The notes under the pieces were generated by a model. It was not told the origin of the DNA. It saw only the letters and a program-made list of their open reading frames with translations, and did no database searches. Both the position numbers and the translations under genes were made by a program. This document shows positions 1-16,353 of a stretch of 64,000 nucleotides of DNA, piece after piece (position 1 is the first letter of the stretch; each line of letters starts with the position of its first letter). The stretch comes from Alphaproteobacteria bacterium (GTDB taxonomy: Bacteria > Pseudomonadota > Alphaproteobacteria > UBA828): the NCBI GenBank assembly GCA_963667785.2, contig CAXXMU010000002.1:448001-512000 (forward strand). Reading direction: 5' to 3'.

Positions 1-442
1 CGGCGTCGACTATCCGGAGCGCGACCCGCGCTTCGATGTCGTCTATCACCTGCTCAGCATCAGCAACAATCGGCGGCTGCGGCTCAGAATCGGCGTCAAC
101 GACGACCAGCCGGTGCCTTCGGCGGTGGACGTCTATCCCGCCGCAGGCTGGTGGGAGCGCGAGACCTGGGACCTCTACGGCATCCACTTCGCCGGCAATC
201 CCGACCTGCGGCGGCTGCTGACGGACTACGGCTTCGACGGCCATCCGCTGCGCAAGGACTTTCCGCTCACCGGCTATGTCGAGCTGCGCTACGACTCCGA
301 GCAGAAGCGCGTGGTGTACGAGCCGGTCAAGCTGACCCAGGAGTTCCGGCGCTTTGACTTTCTCAGTCCCTGGGAGGGCGCGTCCTATCCGCTGCCCGGC
401 GACGAGAAGGCGGACGACGAAGCCGGCGAGGCGGAGCGCTGA
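1..442 (+). CDS. nuoC: NADH-quinone oxidoreductase subunit C (5' truncated by window)
   Basis: Frame from nt 2 reads [19 protein letters not shown]...[14 protein letters not shown]...[20 protein letters not shown]; directly upstream of nuoD. Confidence 0.96.
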   Translation, partial: GVDYPERDPRFDVVYHLLSISNNRRLRLRIGVNDDQPVPSAVDVYPAAGWWERETWDLYGIHFAGNPDLRRLLTDYGFDGHPLRKDFPLTGYVELRYDSEQKRVVYEPVKLTQEFRRFDFLSPWEGASYPLPGDEKADDEAGEAER

Positions 443-444
443 CC

Positions 445-1623
445 GTGAGCGAGCGCCAGATCCGCAACATGACCGTGAACTTCGGGCCGCAGCACCCGGC
501 GGCGCACGGCGTGCTGCGCCTCGTGCTGGAGATGGACGGCGAGGTGGTGGAGCGCGCGGACCCGCACATCGGGCTGCTGCACCGCGGCACCGAGAAGCTG
601 ATCGAGTACAAGACCTACCTGCAGGCGGTCCCCTATTTCGACCGGCTCGACTACGTCGCGCCGATGAACCAGGAGCACGCCTACGCGCTCGCCGTCGAGG
701 CCCTGCTCGGGCTCGAGATCCCGGTGCGCGCGCAGTACATCCGGGTGCTCTACAGCGAGATTTCGCGCATCGCCAACCACCTCATGAACATCTGCACCAT
801 GGCGCTCGACGTCGGTGCGATGACGCCCTTCTTCTGGGGCTTCGAGGAGCGCGAGCGCACCATGGAGTTCTACGAGCGAGCCTCGGGCTCGCGCCTCCAT
901 GCCGCCTACTTCCGCCCCGGCGGCGTCGCCTACGATCTGCCGTCCGACCTGCTCGCCGATATCGGCGCGTGGAACGAGGCCTTCCCCAAGGTCGTCGACG
1001 ACATCGAGAACGTGCTGACCGAGAACCGCATCTTCAAGCAGCGGACGGTCGACATCGGCATCCTGAGTCCGCAGGAGGCCTTCGACTGGGGGCTCACCGG
1101 GCCGGTCCTGCGGGCCTCGGGAGTCTCGTGGGACCTGCGGCGCAACCAGCCCTACGAGGTCTACAACGACCTCGACTTCGGCATCCCCATCGGCACCAAC
1201 GGCGATTGCTATGAGCGCTACCTCGTCCGCATGGAAGAGATGCGCCAGTGCATGAATATCATCACGCAATGCCTTGAAAAGATGCCGAAAGGTCCGGTCA
1301 AGGCCGAGGACAACAAGATCACCCCGCCGAGCCGGGCGGTGATGAAGGAATCGATGGAAGCGCTGATCCATCACTTCAAGCTCTACACCGAGGGCTACCA
1401 CGTGCCGGCGGGCGAGGCCTACCGCGCGGTGGAGGCGCCGAAGGGGGAGTTTGGCGTCTATCTCGTCGCCGACGGCACCAACCGGCCCTACCGCTGCAAG
1501 ATCAGGGCGCCGGGCTTCGCCCACCTCCAGGTGCTCGACCACATGAGCCGGGGCCACATGCTGGCGGACACGGTGGCCAACCTCGCCAGCATGGACATCG
1601 TATTCGGGGAGATCGACCGGTGA
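445..1623 (+). CDS. nuoD: NADH-quinone oxidoreductase subunit D
   Basis: [25 protein letters not shown]-terminal DIVFGEIDR. Confidence 0.98.
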   Translation: MSERQIRNMTVNFGPQHPAAHGVLRLVLEMDGEVVERADPHIGLLHRGTEKLIEYKTYLQAVPYFDRLDYVAPMNQEHAYALAVEALLGLEIPVRAQYIRVLYSEISRIANHLMNICTMALDVGAMTPFFWGFEERERTMEFYERASGSRLHAAYFRPGGVAYDLPSDLLADIGAWNEAFPKVVDDIENVLTENRIFKQRTVDIGILSPQEAFDWGLTGPVLRASGVSWDLRRNQPYEVYNDLDFGIPIGTNGDCYERYLVRMEEMRQCMNIITQCLEKMPKGPVKAEDNKITPPSRAVMKESMEALIHHFKLYTEGYHVPAGEAYRAVEAPKGEFGVYLVADGTNRPYRCKIRAPGFAHLQVLDHMSRGHMLADTVANLASMDIVFGEIDR

Positions 1624-2213
1624 CGGCGGCAGCGAGCCAGGGCGCCGAGGCCTTCGCCTTCACGCCCGAGAACCGGGCGAAGGCGGACGCCCACATTGCC
1701 AAGTATCCGGCGGGCTGCCAGGCGAGCGCGGTGCTGCCGCTGCTCGACCTCGCCCAGCGCCAGAACGGCGGCTGGATATCGCGATCGGCGATGGAGCATG
1801 TCGGCGCGCTGCTCGACATGGCGCCGATCCGGGTCTACGAGGTCGCGACCTTCTACACCATGCTGAACCTGGAGCCGGTGGGCCGCTACCACGTGCAGCT
1901 CTGCCGCACCACGCCCTGCTGGCTGCGCGGCGCGGATGCGCTGCGCGACGCCTGCCGCGAGGAGCTCGGGATCGGCCTCGGCGGCACCACCGAGGACGGC
2001 CTCTTCACGCTCACCGAGGTCGAATGCCTCGGCGCCTGCGTCAACGCGCCGATGGTCCAGATCAACGATCACTTCTACGAGGACCTGGACCCCGTGCGCA
2101 TGCGGGAGATCCTGCGCGCCCTCAGGGCCGACAGCCCGCCCGCGCCCGGCTCACAGACCGGCCGCCAGACCTCGGCACCCGCCTCGGGCCCGACCACACT
2201 GACCGAGCTCTGA
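1620..2213 (+). CDS. nuoE: NADH-quinone oxidoreductase subunit E
   Basis: 2Fe-2S motif CRTTPC...ECLGAC; GTGA overlap with nuoD stop. Confidence 0.96.
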   Translation: MTAAASQGAEAFAFTPENRAKADAHIAKYPAGCQASAVLPLLDLAQRQNGGWISRSAMEHVGALLDMAPIRVYEVATFYTMLNLEPVGRYHVQLCRTTPCWLRGADALRDACREELGIGLGGTTEDGLFTLTEVECLGACVNAPMVQINDHFYEDLDPVRMREILRALRADSPPAPGSQTGRQTSAPASGPTTLTEL

Positions 2214-2215
2214 CC

Positions 2216-3520
<1,305 letters not shown>

Positions 3521-3533
3521 GGGGGAGCGAGCG

Positions 3534-5591
3534 ATGACGACGCTCACCATCGACGGCGCCGAGATCACGGTCGAGCCCGGCTCGACCGTGATGCAGGCCT
3601 GCGTGCAGGCCGGCAAGGAGATCCCGCACTTCTGCTACCACGACCGGCTCTCGATCGCCGGCAACTGCCGCATGTGCCTGGTGGAGATGGAGCGATCGCC
3701 CAAGCCGATCGCCTCCTGCGCGATGCCGGCGGCGGACGGCATGGTCATCCGCACCGACACGCCTCAGGTCAAGAAGGCGCGGGAAGGGGTGATGGAGTTC
3801 CTGCTCATCAATCACCCGCTCGACTGCCCGATCTGCGACCAGGGCGGTGAGTGCGACCTGCAGGATCAGGCCATGGCCTACGGCCGGCACTTCAGCCGCT
3901 TCGACGAGGGCAAGCGCGCCGTGCGCGACAAGGATGTCGGGCCGCTGATCGAGACCATCATGACGCGCTGCATCCACTGCACGCGCTGCATCCGCTTCGC
4001 CGACGAGATCGCGGGCGTCGAGGAGTTCGGCGCCGTCTTCCGCGGCGAGCACATGGAGGTCGGCACCTACGTCGAGAAGGCGGTGACCTCCGAGCTCAGC
4101 GGCAACATGATCGACCTCTGCCCGGTCGGCGCGCTCACCTCCAAGCCCTACGCCTTCGTCGCCCGCTCGTGGGAGCTGCGCACCACCGAGACCATCGACG
4201 TGCTCGACGCCGTGGGCTCCAACATCCGGGTCGATTCGCGGGGCACGGAGGTGCTGCGGGTGGTGCCGCGCCTGCACGACGCGGTGAACGAGGAGTGGAT
4301 CTCGGACAAGAGCCGCTTCGCCTATGACGGGCTGCGCCGGCGCCGCCTCGATCGCTGCTACGTGCGCCGGGGCGGCGGGCTCGAGGCCGCGAGCTGGGAC
4401 GAGGCCTTCGACGCCATCGCCGCGGCGGCCGACGGCCTCGACGGTAACAGCATCGCGGCGCTCGCCGGCGACACGGCGGATTGCGAGGCAATGACGGCGC
4501 TGGCCGACCTGATGGCGGCGCTGGGCTCGCCCCATCTCGACTGCCGCCAGGACGGCGCCGCGCTCGATCCGACGAGCCGCGTCTCCTATCTCTTCAACAC
4601 GACGATCGCGGGCATCGAGGAGGCGGACGCCATCCTCCTCGTCGGCACCAACCCGCGCTGGGAGGCGGCGCTGGTCAACGCCCGCATCCGCAAGCGCTGG
4701 CGCCGGGGCGGCCTCAGGGTGGGCGTCGTCGGACCGAGGGTCGACCTCACCTATCCCTACCACCATCTCGGCGACGGGCCGGAGACCCTCGCCACGTTGG
4801 CGAGCGGCGGGGACGCTTTCGCCGATGTCCTGAAGCTCGCCGAGCGGCCGATGCTGATCCTGGGCCAGGGCGCGCTCGCGCGGCCCGACGGCGCTCAGGT
4901 GCTGGCCCAGGCCCGGGCACTGGCGGAGGCGACCGGCATGGTCGCGGACGGCTGGAACGGCTTCAACGTGCTGCAGACGGCAGCCGCCCGCGTCGGCGGC
5001 CTGGACCTCGGCTTCGTGCCGGGCGAAGGCGGGCGCGGCACGGCGGGAATCCGCGAGGGCGCGGCCGACGGTGCGATCCGCCTGCTCTACCTGCTGGGCG
5101 CGGATGAGAGCGGGTTGGAGAGGCCCGAGAACTGCTTCGTCGTCTATCAGGGCCACCACGGCGACGACGGCGCGCGGATCGCCGACGTGATCCTGCCCGG
5201 CGCCGCATATACCGAGAAGGACGGCACCTACGTCAATCTCGAGGGTCGGCCGCAGCGGGCCTATGCGGCGACGGCGCCGCTCGGCGAGGCGCGGGAGGAC
5301 TGGCGGATCGTCCGGGCGCTGTCTGCCCGCCTCGGCAGGCCGCTCGCCTACGACACGCTGGAGGAGCTGCGGGCCAGGATGGTCGAGCGCGCGCCCGGGC
5401 TGGCCGCCGTCGGCGACATCACGCCGGCGCCCTGGGGCGAGTTCGGCAGCGCGGGCGCCGTGGACGATACCCCGTTCGCGTGCCCCGTCGGCGATTTCTA
5501 CCGGACCGATCCGATCACCCGCGCCTCCGATACCATGGCCGCGTGCAGCGCGGCGTTCGTGGCCGCGGCGGAGGCCTCCGCCGATGGCTGA
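3534..5591 (+). CDS. nuoG: NADH-quinone oxidoreductase subunit G
   Basis: [39 protein letters not shown]. Confidence 0.97.
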   Translation: MTTLTIDGAEITVEPGSTVMQACVQAGKEIPHFCYHDRLSIAGNCRMCLVEMERSPKPIASCAMPAADGMVIRTDTPQVKKAREGVMEFLLINHPLDCPICDQGGECDLQDQAMAYGRHFSRFDEGKRAVRDKDVGPLIETIMTRCIHCTRCIRFADEIAGVEEFGAVFRGEHMEVGTYVEKAVTSELSGNMIDLCPVGALTSKPYAFVARSWELRTTETIDVLDAVGSNIRVDSRGTEVLRVVPRLHDAVNEEWISDKSRFAYDGLRRRRLDRCYVRRGGGLEAASWDEAFDAIAAAADGLDGNSIAALAGDTADCEAMTALADLMAALGSPHLDCRQDGAALDPTSRVSYLFNTTIAGIEEADAILLVGTNPRWEAALVNARIRKRWRRGGLRVGVVGPRVDLTYPYHHLGDGPETLATLASGGDAFADVLKLAERPMLILGQGALARPDGAQVLAQARALAEATGMVADGWNGFNVLQTAAARVGGLDLGFVPGEGGRGTAGIREGAADGAIRLLYLLGADESGLERPENCFVVYQGHHGDDGARIADVILPGAAYTEKDGTYVNLEGRPQRAYAATAPLGEAREDWRIVRALSARLGRPLAYDTLEELRARMVERAPGLAAVGDITPAPWGEFGSAGAVDDTPFACPVGDFYRTDPITRASDTMAACSAAFVAAAEASADG

Positions 5592-6600
5592 GCCGGGCGT
5601 CTGGAGCACCTACTTCTACCCGCTGTTCCTCACCATCGGGTACATCCTCGCGATCGTAGTGCCGCTGCTGCTGGTGCTCGCCTTCATCACCTATTTCGAG
5701 CGCAAGGTCTGGGCGGCGATCCAGCTCCGCAAGGGACCCAACGTCGTCGGCCCCTTCGGCCTGCTGCAGCCTGTGGCGGACGGGATCAAGTGCCTCTTCA
5801 AGGAGACCATCGTGCCGGCCGGCGCCAACCGCGCGCTCTTCGTGCTGGCGCCGATGGTGACCTTCAGCCTCGGCCTGATCGGCTGGGCGGTGATTCCCTT
5901 CGACCAGCACCTGGTGCTGGCCGACCTCAACGTCGGGCTGCTCTACCTCTTCGCCGTCTCATCCCTTGGGGTCTACGGCATCATCATCGCGGGCTGGGCC
6001 AGCAACTCGAAGTACGCCTTCCTCGGCGCGCTCCGCTCGGCGGCGCAGATGGTCTCCTACGAGGTCTCGATCGGCTTCGTGCTCGTGACGGTGCTGCTCT
6101 GCGTCGGCTCGCTCAACCTCAACGACATCGTCGAGGCGCAGAAGGGGCTCTGGTTCTTCATCCCGCTCTTCCCGATGTTCGTGATCTACGTGGTCTCGGC
6201 GCTGGCGGAGACCAATCGCACGCCGTTCGACCTGCCGGAGGCCGAGGGCGAGCTGGTCGCCGGCTACCAGGTGGAATACTCGTCGATGACCTGGCTGCTC
6301 TTCATGATGGGGGAGTACGCCAACATCGTGCTGCTGAGCGGGCTCAGCGTGATCCTGTTCCTCGGCGGCTGGCTGCCGCCCTTCCACGTCGAGCCGCTGA
6401 TGGCGGTTCCCGGCGTGGTCTGGTTCCTGCTGAAGACCGCCGTCGTGGTCTTCTTCTTCACCTGGACCCGCGCGACGCTGCCGCGCTACCGCTACGACCA
6501 GCTCATGCGGCTCGGCTGGAAGGTGTTCCTGCCGGCCTCGCTCGCCATGGTCGTGATCGTCGCCGGCGCGCTGCACGTGTTCGACTGGTTGCCGAGGTAA
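5584..6600 (+). CDS. nuoH: NADH-quinone oxidoreductase subunit H
   Basis: [39 protein letters not shown]; start ATG 5584. Confidence 0.97.
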   Translation: MAEPGVWSTYFYPLFLTIGYILAIVVPLLLVLAFITYFERKVWAAIQLRKGPNVVGPFGLLQPVADGIKCLFKETIVPAGANRALFVLAPMVTFSLGLIGWAVIPFDQHLVLADLNVGLLYLFAVSSLGVYGIIIAGWASNSKYAFLGALRSAAQMVSYEVSIGFVLVTVLLCVGSLNLNDIVEAQKGLWFFIPLFPMFVIYVVSALAETNRTPFDLPEAEGELVAGYQVEYSSMTWLLFMMGEYANIVLLSGLSVILFLGGWLPPFHVEPLMAVPGVVWFLLKTAVVVFFFTWTRATLPRYRYDQLMRLGWKVFLPASLAMVVIVAGALHVFDWLPR

Positions 6601-6664
6601 GTCACCCTGGCGACGGCAGGTGGCCTGTGCTATGGCCGCGCCCGGCGCCGACGAGGAGGTCGCC

Positions 6665-7153
6665 ATGCCCGCGATTGAGCAGACAGTCCGATCCTTGCTC
6701 CTGACCGAGCTGGCCGTGGGGCTGGGCGTGACCTTCAAGCAGATCTTCAAGCGCAAGGCGACACTCAACTACCCCTACGAGAAGGGCATGCTGAGCCCGC
6801 GCTTCCGCGGCGAGCACGCGCTCAGGCGCTATCCCAACGGCGAGGAGCGCTGCATCGCCTGCAAGCTGTGCGAGGCGATCTGCCCGGCCCAGGCGATCAC
6901 CATCGAGGCCGAGCCCCGGGAGGACGGCAGCCGGCGCACCACCCGCTACGACATCGACATGGTGAAGTGCATCTATTGCGGCTTCTGCCAGGAGGCCTGC
7001 CCGGTCGACGCCATCGTCGAGGGGCCGAATTTCGAGTTCGCCGCCGAGACCCGTGAGGAGCTGCTCTACAACAAGGAGAAGCTGCTCGACAACGGCGACC
7101 GCTGGGAGCGGGAGATCGCCGCCAACCTGAGCGCGGAGGCACCCTACCGCTGA
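6665..7153 (+). CDS. nuoI: NADH-quinone oxidoreductase subunit I
   Basis: Two 4Fe-4S motifs [12 protein letters not shown] and [12 protein letters not shown]; GAGGAGG RBS before ATG 6665. Confidence 0.97.
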   Translation: MPAIEQTVRSLLLTELAVGLGVTFKQIFKRKATLNYPYEKGMLSPRFRGEHALRRYPNGEERCIACKLCEAICPAQAITIEAEPREDGSRRTTRYDIDMVKCIYCGFCQEACPVDAIVEGPNFEFAAETREELLYNKEKLLDNGDRWEREIAANLSAEAPYR

Positions 7154-7202
7154 GCCGGCGACGGCAGGGGCGAAGGGGCACGACAAGCGGGATCGCGGCG
7201 CG

Positions 7203-7832
7203 ATGATCATCCAGACCATCATGTTCTACGTGCTCGCCGTGGTGACGGTGGGGGCGGGCGTCATGGTGATCGCCTCGCGCAACCCCGTGCACTCGGTGCT
7301 CTTCCTGATCCTCGCCTTCTTCAACTCGGCCGGGCTCTTCGTGATGATGGGCGCCGAGTTCCTGGCGATGATCCTGATCATCGTCTACGTCGGCGCGGTC
7401 GCCGTTCTCTTCCTCTTCGTCGTGATGATGCTCAACATCAACTACGCCGAGCTCCGGGCGGGCTTCCTCCAGTATCTGCCCATCGGCGGCGTCATCGGCA
7501 TCATATTGCTCGCCGAGCTGGTCCTGGTCTTCGCGTCCGGCGCCATCGACATCGAGGTGCCGACGGAGGTGGCATCGCCGACGCCGCCGCCGGAAGACGT
7601 CACCAACACCGCGGCGCTCGGCAACGTGCTCTATACCCGCTACGCCTACCTCTTCCAGGGCGCGGGCTTCATCCTGCTGATCGCGATGGTGGGTGCCATC
7701 GTGCTCACCCACCGCCGTCGTGCCGACGTCCGGCGCCAGCGCATCGCCGACCAGGTGGCGCGCGATCCCAAGGCCGCCGTTCGCCTCACCGACATCAAGC
7801 CGGGCGCGGAGGGAACATGGAAATCGGACTGA
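7203..7832 (+). CDS. nuoJ: NADH-quinone oxidoreductase subunit J
   Basis: [27 protein letters not shown]. Confidence 0.96.
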   Translation: MIIQTIMFYVLAVVTVGAGVMVIASRNPVHSVLFLILAFFNSAGLFVMMGAEFLAMILIIVYVGAVAVLFLFVVMMLNINYAELRAGFLQYLPIGGVIGIILLAELVLVFASGAIDIEVPTEVASPTPPPEDVTNTAALGNVLYTRYAYLFQGAGFILLIAMVGAIVLTHRRRADVRRQRIADQVARDPKAAVRLTDIKPGAEGTWKSD

Positions 7833-8125
7833 CCCATTACCTCACCGTGGCCGCGGTCCTCTTCACCCTCGGCGTTGTCGGGATCTTCCTGAACCGCAAG
7901 AACGTCATCATCATCCTGATGGCGATCGAGCTGATGCTGCTTGCGGTCAACATCAACCTGGTCGCCTTCTCGACCTTCCTCAACGACATGGTGGGCCAGG
8001 TCTTCGCCATGCTCGTGCTCACCGTCGCCGCCGCCGAGGCGGCGATCGGGCTCGCCATCCTGGTGGTCTACTTCCGCAATCGCGGCAGCATCGCCGTCGA
8101 GGACGTTAACGTGATGAAGGGCTAA
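7817..8125 (+). CDS. nuoK: NADH-quinone oxidoreductase subunit K
   Basis: [22 protein letters not shown]. Confidence 0.97.
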   Translation: MEIGLTHYLTVAAVLFTLGVVGIFLNRKNVIIILMAIELMLLAVNINLVAFSTFLNDMVGQVFAMLVLTVAAAEAAIGLAILVVYFRNRGSIAVEDVNVMKG

Positions 8126-8131
8126 GGCGCG

Positions 8132-10060
<1,929 letters not shown>

Positions 10061-10064
10061 CGGC

Positions 10065-11606
10065 ATGACCGATTGGCCGATCCTGTCCACCGTCACCTTC
10101 CTGCCGCTGGTCGGAGTCCTCTTCATCCTGATGATCCGGGGCGACGAGCGGCAGGTCGCGGCCAATTCGCGCCACCTGGCGCTCTGGACCTCGGTGGTCA
10201 CCTTCGCGCTCTCGGTCGTGCTCGTCGCCGACTTCGACACCACGACGGCGGAGTTCCAGTTCGTCGAGCACGTACCCTGGCTGCCCGAGCACAACATCGG
10301 CTACCACCTGGGCGTCGACGGGATCTCGATCTTCTTCCTGGTGCTCACCACCTTCCTGATCCCGATCTGCATCCTCGCCTCGTGGGAGGCGATCGCGACG
10401 CGCGTGCGCGAGTTCATGATCGCCTTCCTGGTGATGGAGACGCTGATCGTCGGCGTCTTCTGCTCCCTCGATTTCGTGATGTTCTACATCTTCTTCGAGG
10501 GGCAGCTCATCCCGATGTTCCTGATCATCGGCATCTGGGGCGGCGCACGGCGGGTCTACTCGGCCTTCAAGTTCTTCCTCTACACGCTGGTGGGCTCGGT
10601 GCTGTTCCTGCTGGCGATCCTCTTCATGTATCTCGACGCCGGCACCACGGACATCCCGACGCTGCTGCTTCACGACTTCGCGCCGGCGGTGCAGACCTGG
10701 CTCTGGCTCGCGCTCTTCGCCTCGTTCGCCGTGAAGCTGCCGATGTGGCCGTTCCACACCTGGCTGCCGGACGCCCATGTGGAGGCGCCGACGGCGGGCT
10801 CGGTGATCCTCGCCGGCATCCTGCTGAAGATGGGGGGCTACGGCTTTCTCCGCTTCTCGCTGCCGATGCTGCCGGATGCGAGCGCCTTCTTCGTGCCCTT
10901 CGTCTACTCGCTGAGCGTGGTCGCGATCATCTACACCTCGCTGGTCGCGCTCATGCAGCAGGACATGAAGAAGCTGATCGCCTATTCCTCGGTCGCCCAC
11001 ATGGGGATCGTCACCATCGGCATCTTCACCTTCACCGGCCAGGGCATCGAGGGCGGCATCATCCAGATGCTGAGCCATGGCATCGTCTCGGCTGCGCTCT
11101 TCCTCTGCGTCGGCGTCGTCTACGACCGCACCCACACCCGCGAGATCGCCGACTATGGCGGGCTGGTGCACCGCATGCCGATTTACGCCTTCGTGCTCAT
11201 GGTCTTCACTCTCGCGGCCATCGGCCTGCCGGGAACCAGCGGTTTCGTCGGCGAGTTCATGGTGCTGGTGGGCGCCTTCCAGTCCAACACCTGGGTCGCC
11301 ATGCTGGCGCTGACCGGCGTGATCCTCGGCGCGGCCTACATGCTCTGGCTCTACCGGCGCGTGATCTTCGGCGAGCTCACCAAGGAGAACCTCAAGTCGA
11401 TCACCGACCTCAACTGGCGCGAGGTCGGCATCTTCGCGCCGTTGGTCTCGCTGGCACTGGTTCTGGGCCTCTATCCGGAGCCCTTCCTCGACGTGCTGCA
11501 CGTCTCGGTCGAGAACCTGATCGCGCAGACGAACGGCGCGCCCGATCTTCCGATCGCGGAGGCGCCGGTGCGCGGACCACTGGCAGCGCTAGTGGCGCCG
11601 AACTAG
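10065..11606 (+). CDS. nuoM: NADH-quinone oxidoreductase subunit M
   Basis: [29 protein letters not shown]. Confidence 0.97.
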   Translation: MTDWPILSTVTFLPLVGVLFILMIRGDERQVAANSRHLALWTSVVTFALSVVLVADFDTTTAEFQFVEHVPWLPEHNIGYHLGVDGISIFFLVLTTFLIPICILASWEAIATRVREFMIAFLVMETLIVGVFCSLDFVMFYIFFEGQLIPMFLIIGIWGGARRVYSAFKFFLYTLVGSVLFLLAILFMYLDAGTTDIPTLLLHDFAPAVQTWLWLALFASFAVKLPMWPFHTWLPDAHVEAPTAGSVILAGILLKMGGYGFLRFSLPMLPDASAFFVPFVYSLSVVAIIYTSLVALMQQDMKKLIAYSSVAHMGIVTIGIFTFTGQGIEGGIIQMLSHGIVSAALFLCVGVVYDRTHTREIADYGGLVHRMPIYAFVLMVFTLAAIGLPGTSGFVGEFMVLVGAFQSNTWVAMLALTGVILGAAYMLWLYRRVIFGELTKENLKSITDLNWREVGIFAPLVSLALVLGLYPEPFLDVLHVSVENLIAQTNGAPDLPIAEAPVRGPLAALVAPN

Positions 11607-11616
11607 GGGCCGGGCG

Positions 11617-13077
11617 ATGCAACCCTTCGTCGAGCCGGACTATCTGCCCGCCCTGCCGGAGCTCTTCCTCGCAGGCGCCTCGGTCGTGCTGCTGATGGCG
11701 GGCGTCTTCATCGGCGACCGCTCGACCCGGCTGATGACCTGGCTCTCCTGCCTCGCCATGGCGATCGCCTTCGCCATGGTGCTGGTGCTGCCGGACGAGC
11801 GGACGACCACCTTCTTCGGCCTCTTCGTGGTCGACGGCTTCGCCGCCTTCATGAAATGCCTGGTGCTGGTGGGCTCGGCGGTCACGCTGATCGTCGGCCT
11901 CGGCTACGTGCGGCGCGAGGGGATGAACCGCTTCGAGTTCCCCGTGCTGATCGTCTTCGCCACCCTCGGCATGCTGCTGATGATTTCGGCGAACGACCTG
12001 ATCGCGCTCTATGTCGGGCTCGAGCTGCAGAGCCTCTCGCTCTACATCGTCGCCGCCTTCCGCCGGGATTCGCTGCGCTCGACCGAGGCGGGGCTGAAGT
12101 ATTTCGTGCTGGGCGCGATCTCGTCGGGCCTGCTGCTCTACGGCTGCTCCATGGTCTACGGCTTCACCGGCACGACCCAGTTCGAGGGGATCGCTGCGGC
12201 GCTGACCGACACCGTGCCGGGCAACGTGGCGGCGGAGACGGGCGTCCTGATCGGCCTCGTGTTCATCGCCGCGGCTCTCGCCTTCAAGGTCTCGGCGGTG
12301 CCCTTCCACATGTGGACGCCGGACGTCTACGAGGGGGCGCCGACTCCCGTCACCGCCTTCTTCGCAGCCGCGCCCAAGGTCGCCGCCATGGCGCTTCTGC
12401 TGCGGGTCTTCCTCGGCCCCTTCCACGAGCTCGCCGGCCAGTGGGACCAGATCATCATCTTCGTCTCGATAGCCTCCATGGGCCTCGGCGCCTTCGCCGC
12501 GATCGGCCAGAAGAACATCAAGCGGCTGATGGCCTACAGCTCCATCGGCCACGTCGGCTATGCGCTGGTCGGACTCTCGGCCGGCACGCCCGAGGGGATC
12601 CGGGGCGTGCTCGTCTACATGGCGATCTACATGGTGATGACGCTCGGCGGCTTCGCCTGCATCCTCGCCATGCGCCAGCGCGGCCAGATGGTCGAGGAGA
12701 TCAGCGACCTCGCCGGCCTCTCCAAGACCAACCCCGCGCTGGCTCTGGCGCTGGCGATCTTCATGTTCTCGATGGCGGGTATCCCGCCGCTCGCCGGCTT
12801 CTTCGGCAAGCTCTACGTGTTCCTGGCGGCGGTAGACGAGGGGCTCTACGGGCTCGCCATCTTCGGTGTCCTGGCGAGCGTGGTCGGCGCCTACTACTAC
12901 ATCAGGATCGTGAAGGTCATGTACTTCGACAAGCCGGCGGAAGGGTTCGACCGCCCGGTCGGCGTGGAACTCAGCGCCGTGCTCGCGGGCACCGGCATCG
13001 TCACGCTCTTCTTCTTCGCCTATCCCGGCCCGATCCTGGCCGGGGCCGAGGCCGCCGCCGCGGCCCTCCTGCCCTGA
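11617..13077 (+). CDS. nuoN: NADH-quinone oxidoreductase subunit N
   Basis: [41 protein letters not shown]. Confidence 0.97.
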   Translation: MQPFVEPDYLPALPELFLAGASVVLLMAGVFIGDRSTRLMTWLSCLAMAIAFAMVLVLPDERTTTFFGLFVVDGFAAFMKCLVLVGSAVTLIVGLGYVRREGMNRFEFPVLIVFATLGMLLMISANDLIALYVGLELQSLSLYIVAAFRRDSLRSTEAGLKYFVLGAISSGLLLYGCSMVYGFTGTTQFEGIAAALTDTVPGNVAAETGVLIGLVFIAAALAFKVSAVPFHMWTPDVYEGAPTPVTAFFAAAPKVAAMALLLRVFLGPFHELAGQWDQIIIFVSIASMGLGAFAAIGQKNIKRLMAYSSIGHVGYALVGLSAGTPEGIRGVLVYMAIYMVMTLGGFACILAMRQRGQMVEEISDLAGLSKTNPALALALAIFMFSMAGIPPLAGFFGKLYVFLAAVDEGLYGLAIFGVLASVVGAYYYIRIVKVMYFDKPAEGFDRPVGVELSAVLAGTGIVTLFFFAYPGPILAGAEAAAAALLP

Positions 13078-13892
13078 CCGCGACCGCAGAGACCGTCGCG
13101 ACCGCCGCCTCGATCGCTCAGGCGGCGCTGCCGCAGGGCTACGCGCTCGTCGCGCTCGACGAGACCGGCAGCACCAACGACGAGGCCCGCGAGCGGGCTG
13201 CCGCGGGCGCAGCCGACGGCACGGTGGTATGGGCGCTTCGGCAGAGGGCGGGGCGCGGCCGGCTCGCGCGCGCCTGGGTATCGCCGCCGGGCAATCTCTA
13301 CCTCTCGGTGATCCTCCGCCCCGTCTGCGAGGCGCGCCACGTCGCCCAGCTCTCCTTCGTCGCGGCGCTCGCGGTGCTCGATCTGGTGGACGGTCCGCTG
13401 CCCGGCCGGGCGCGCTGCAAGTGGCCGAACGATGTCCTGGTGGACGGCGGCAAGGTCGCCGGCGTCCTGCTGGAATCGGCGCTCGGCGCAGGCGGGCGCG
13501 TGGACTGGGTGGTGCTCGGCATCGGCGTCAACCTCGCCTCCCATCCGGGCCTCGAGGGGCCGGTTCCTTCCACCAGCCTGGTGGCTGCCGGCGCCGCGCC
13601 GCGTGCGCCCGAGGACGCGCTGCCCGCGTTGCTCGCGGCGCTCGCCGGGCGCCGGCGCGCGTGGGAGGCCGGGGGCTTCGCGGCGGTCCGCGAGGCCTGG
13701 CTCGCCCGCGCCCACGGGCTCGGCGGTCCGGTGACGGTGACCAGCGGCGAGAGGCGGTTCTGCGGGCTCTTCGAGGGGCTCGACGCGGACGGCGCGCTGG
13801 TGCTCGCCCAGGCGGGCGGCGCGCGGATTACAATCGTGGCTGGCGATGTCTTCTTCGGCGATGCGGGGACGGCCCATGCTGCTCGCGGTTGA
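13074..13892 (+). CDS. birA: Biotin--[acetyl-CoA carboxylase] ligase; start uncertain (probable CTG overlapping nuoN stop)
   Basis: GSTN, QRAGRGR, KWPNDV, KVAGVL motifs; conserved position after nuoN; no ATG/GTG/TTG between nuoN stop and the STN motif. Confidence 0.9.
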   Translation: MTATAETVATAASIAQAALPQGYALVALDETGSTNDEARERAAAGAADGTVVWALRQRAGRGRLARAWVSPPGNLYLSVILRPVCEARHVAQLSFVAALAVLDLVDGPLPGRARCKWPNDVLVDGGKVAGVLLESALGAGGRVDWVVLGIGVNLASHPGLEGPVPSTSLVAAGAAPRAPEDALPALLAALAGRRRAWEAGGFAAVREAWLARAHGLGGPVTVTSGERRFCGLFEGLDADGALVLAQAGGARITIVAGDVFFGDAGTAHAARG

Positions 13893-14661
13893 CGCCGGCA
13901 ACACCAACACCGTGTTCGCCGTCTTCGGCGACGACGGGGACGAATCTCCGTTCGGCCAGTGGCGCGCCATGACCGATGCGCGGCGCACGAGCGACGAGTA
14001 CGCGGTCTGGCTGGGCCAGCTCCTGGCGCAGGCGGGCCTCGGCCTCGGCGATATCGACGCGGCGATCGTCTCCAGCGTGGTGCCGCAGGGGATCGGCGCG
14101 CTGAAGTCCCTCTGCGCCGATCACTGCGGCTGCGTCGTGCAGGTGGTCGGCGAGCCGGGGGTCGATCTCGGCATCGCGGTGAACGTGCCGCGCCCCGACG
14201 AGGTCGGGGCCGACCGGCTGGTCAACGCGGTCGGCGCCCACATGCGCCACGACGGCGCGCTGATCATCCTCGACTTCGGCACCGCCACCACGTTCGATTC
14301 GGTGAGCGCCGAGGGCGCCTACGAGGGTGGCATCATCGCGCCCGGCATCGCGCTCTCGCTGGAGGCGTTGCACCGGGCCGCGGCCCAGCTTCCGCGCATC
14401 GCGGTCAAGCGGCCCGAGCGCGTGATCGGCAGGGCGACCGTGCCGGCCATGCAGTCCGGCATCTACTGGGGCTATGTCGGGCTGATCGAGGGAATCGTCC
14501 GGCGCATGAAGGCGGAGATCGCCGCGCCTGTGACGACGGTCGCGACCGGCGGGCTGGCCGGCCTCTTCGGCGATGCCACGGCGGCGATCGACGCGGTCGA
14601 CCCGGACATGACGATCCGGGGCCTGCGTGAGGTCCATCGCCGCAACGGGGGCGCGCCGTGA
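13876..14661 (+). CDS. coaX: Type III pantothenate kinase
   Basis: [27 protein letters not shown]. Confidence 0.93.
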   Translation: MLLAVDAGNTNTVFAVFGDDGDESPFGQWRAMTDARRTSDEYAVWLGQLLAQAGLGLGDIDAAIVSSVVPQGIGALKSLCADHCGCVVQVVGEPGVDLGIAVNVPRPDEVGADRLVNAVGAHMRHDGALIILDFGTATTFDSVSAEGAYEGGIIAPGIALSLEALHRAAAQLPRIAVKRPERVIGRATVPAMQSGIYWGYVGLIEGIVRRMKAEIAAPVTTVATGGLAGLFGDATAAIDAVDPDMTIRGLREVHRRNGGAP

Positions 14662-16337
14662 ACGCGCCGCCGCCCCCGCCCGCGGTCCAGCGGGACGCGC
14701 TGCACTTCCTGCCGCTCGGCGGCGCCGGCGAGATCGGCATGAACCTCAACCTCTACGCCTGCCGGGGCCGGTGGCTGATGGTCGATCTCGGCATCACCTT
14801 CGCCGGCGACTCGCTGCCCGGGATCGACGTGATCATGCCGGACCCGGCGTTCATCGAGGAGCGCAGGGACGACCTGCTCGCCATCGTGCTGACCCATGCG
14901 CACGAGGATCATCTGGGCGCGGTCGCCTATCTCTGGCCGAGGCTGCGCTGCCCGGTCTACGCCACTCCCTTCGCCGCCGCGGTGCTGCGCGAGAAGCTGC
15001 GGGACGAGGGCCTGCTCTCCGAGGTGCCGCTGACGGAGGTGGCGCTCTCCGGCCGGCTCGATCTCGACCCCTTCGCGCTCACCTTCATCTCGCTCACCCA
15101 TTCCATTCCGGAGCCGAACGCGCTGCTTATCGAGACGCCCTACGGGCGCGTCATGCACACTGGCGACTGGAAGATCGATCCCGATCCGCTGGTGGGCGAC
15201 CCGCTCGACGAGGCGGCACTGCGGCAGGCGGGCGAGGCGGGCGTGCTGGCGCTCGTCGGCGATTCGACCAATGCGACCGTCGAGGGCGAGTCGGGATCGG
15301 AGGCGGACGTGCGCAGGACGCTCGCCGCGCTGATCGCCGAACGCGAGCACGGCCTTGCCGTCACGCTCTTCGCCTCGAACGTCGCCCGGCTCGAATCGGT
15401 CGCGCTGGCGGCGCGCGATGCCGGGCGGGAGCCGGTGCTGGTCGGGCGCTCGCTGCAGCGCTACGTGCGGGCGGCGCGCGCCAGCGGCTACCTCGACGGC
15501 GTCCGGCTGCTGACGGAGGACGAGGGCGCGCCGCTCCACAAGAGCCAGGTCGTCTACCTCTGTACCGGCTGCCAGGGCGAGCCGCGCGCCGCCATGGCGC
15601 GGATCGCCGGCGACAGCCACCCGCGCGTGAGTCTCGGCACCGGCGACACGGTGATCTTCTCGTCCAAGATCATTCCCGGCAACGAAAGGCCCATCGCAGC
15701 CCTGCACAACAGGCTTGTTCGGCAGGGCGTCGAGGTCATCACCGAGAAGGACGCGGGCGTGCACGTCTCGGGCCATCCCTGCCGGGACGAGCTGCGCCAG
15801 ATGTATCAGTGGGTGAGGCCGCAAATCGCGGTGCCGGTACACGGCGAGGCCCGCCACATGCAGGCGCACGGCGCGCTCGCCCGCGCGCTCCAGGTGCCGG
15901 AGCCGGTGCTGGTCGAGAACGGCGACCTGCTGCGGCTCGCGCCGGGCCCGGCCACGGTCATCGGCCGCGCGCCGGCCGGACGGCTCGCGCTGGACGGCGG
16001 GCAGATCGTGGCGACCGATCACGTCTCCATCGGCGCGCGGCGCAAGCTGATGCACAATGGCGCGGTCTTCGTCTCGGTCGTCGTCGATCGTGGCGGCCGC
16101 ACCCTGATCGCTCCGATGGTTTCCGGCCGCGGGATCCTGGACGGAGACGACGACGAGGCGGCGCGGGACACGCTCTCGGCGGCCGTCGCCGACGCCGTGG
16201 ACGGTCTGCCGCGCAAGCAGGCGCGCGACGGGGCGGCGCTGGAGGAAGCGGCGCGCCTGGCGGTGCGTCGGGCGGTGAAGGTGAGCCACGGCAAGCGGCC
16301 GGTGATCGACGTGCAGATCGCGCGCGTGCCGGGATGA
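14658..16337 (+). CDS. rnj: Ribonuclease J (metallo-beta-lactamase/beta-CASP)
   Basis: [30 protein letters not shown]. Confidence 0.94.
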   Translation: MNAPPPPPAVQRDALHFLPLGGAGEIGMNLNLYACRGRWLMVDLGITFAGDSLPGIDVIMPDPAFIEERRDDLLAIVLTHAHEDHLGAVAYLWPRLRCPVYATPFAAAVLREKLRDEGLLSEVPLTEVALSGRLDLDPFALTFISLTHSIPEPNALLIETPYGRVMHTGDWKIDPDPLVGDPLDEAALRQAGEAGVLALVGDSTNATVEGESGSEADVRRTLAALIAEREHGLAVTLFASNVARLESVALAARDAGREPVLVGRSLQRYVRAARASGYLDGVRLLTEDEGAPLHKSQVVYLCTGCQGEPRAAMARIAGDSHPRVSLGTGDTVIFSSKIIPGNERPIAALHNRLVRQGVEVITEKDAGVHVSGHPCRDELRQMYQWVRPQIAVPVHGEARHMQAHGALARALQVPEPVLVENGDLLRLAPGPATVIGRAPAGRLALDGGQIVATDHVSIGARRKLMHNGAVFVSVVVDRGGRTLIAPMVSGRGILDGDDDEAARDTLSAAVADAVDGLPRKQARDGAALEEAARLAVRRAVKVSHGKRPVIDVQIARVPG

Positions 16338-16353
16338 GCGGGAGCAGCGGCCC

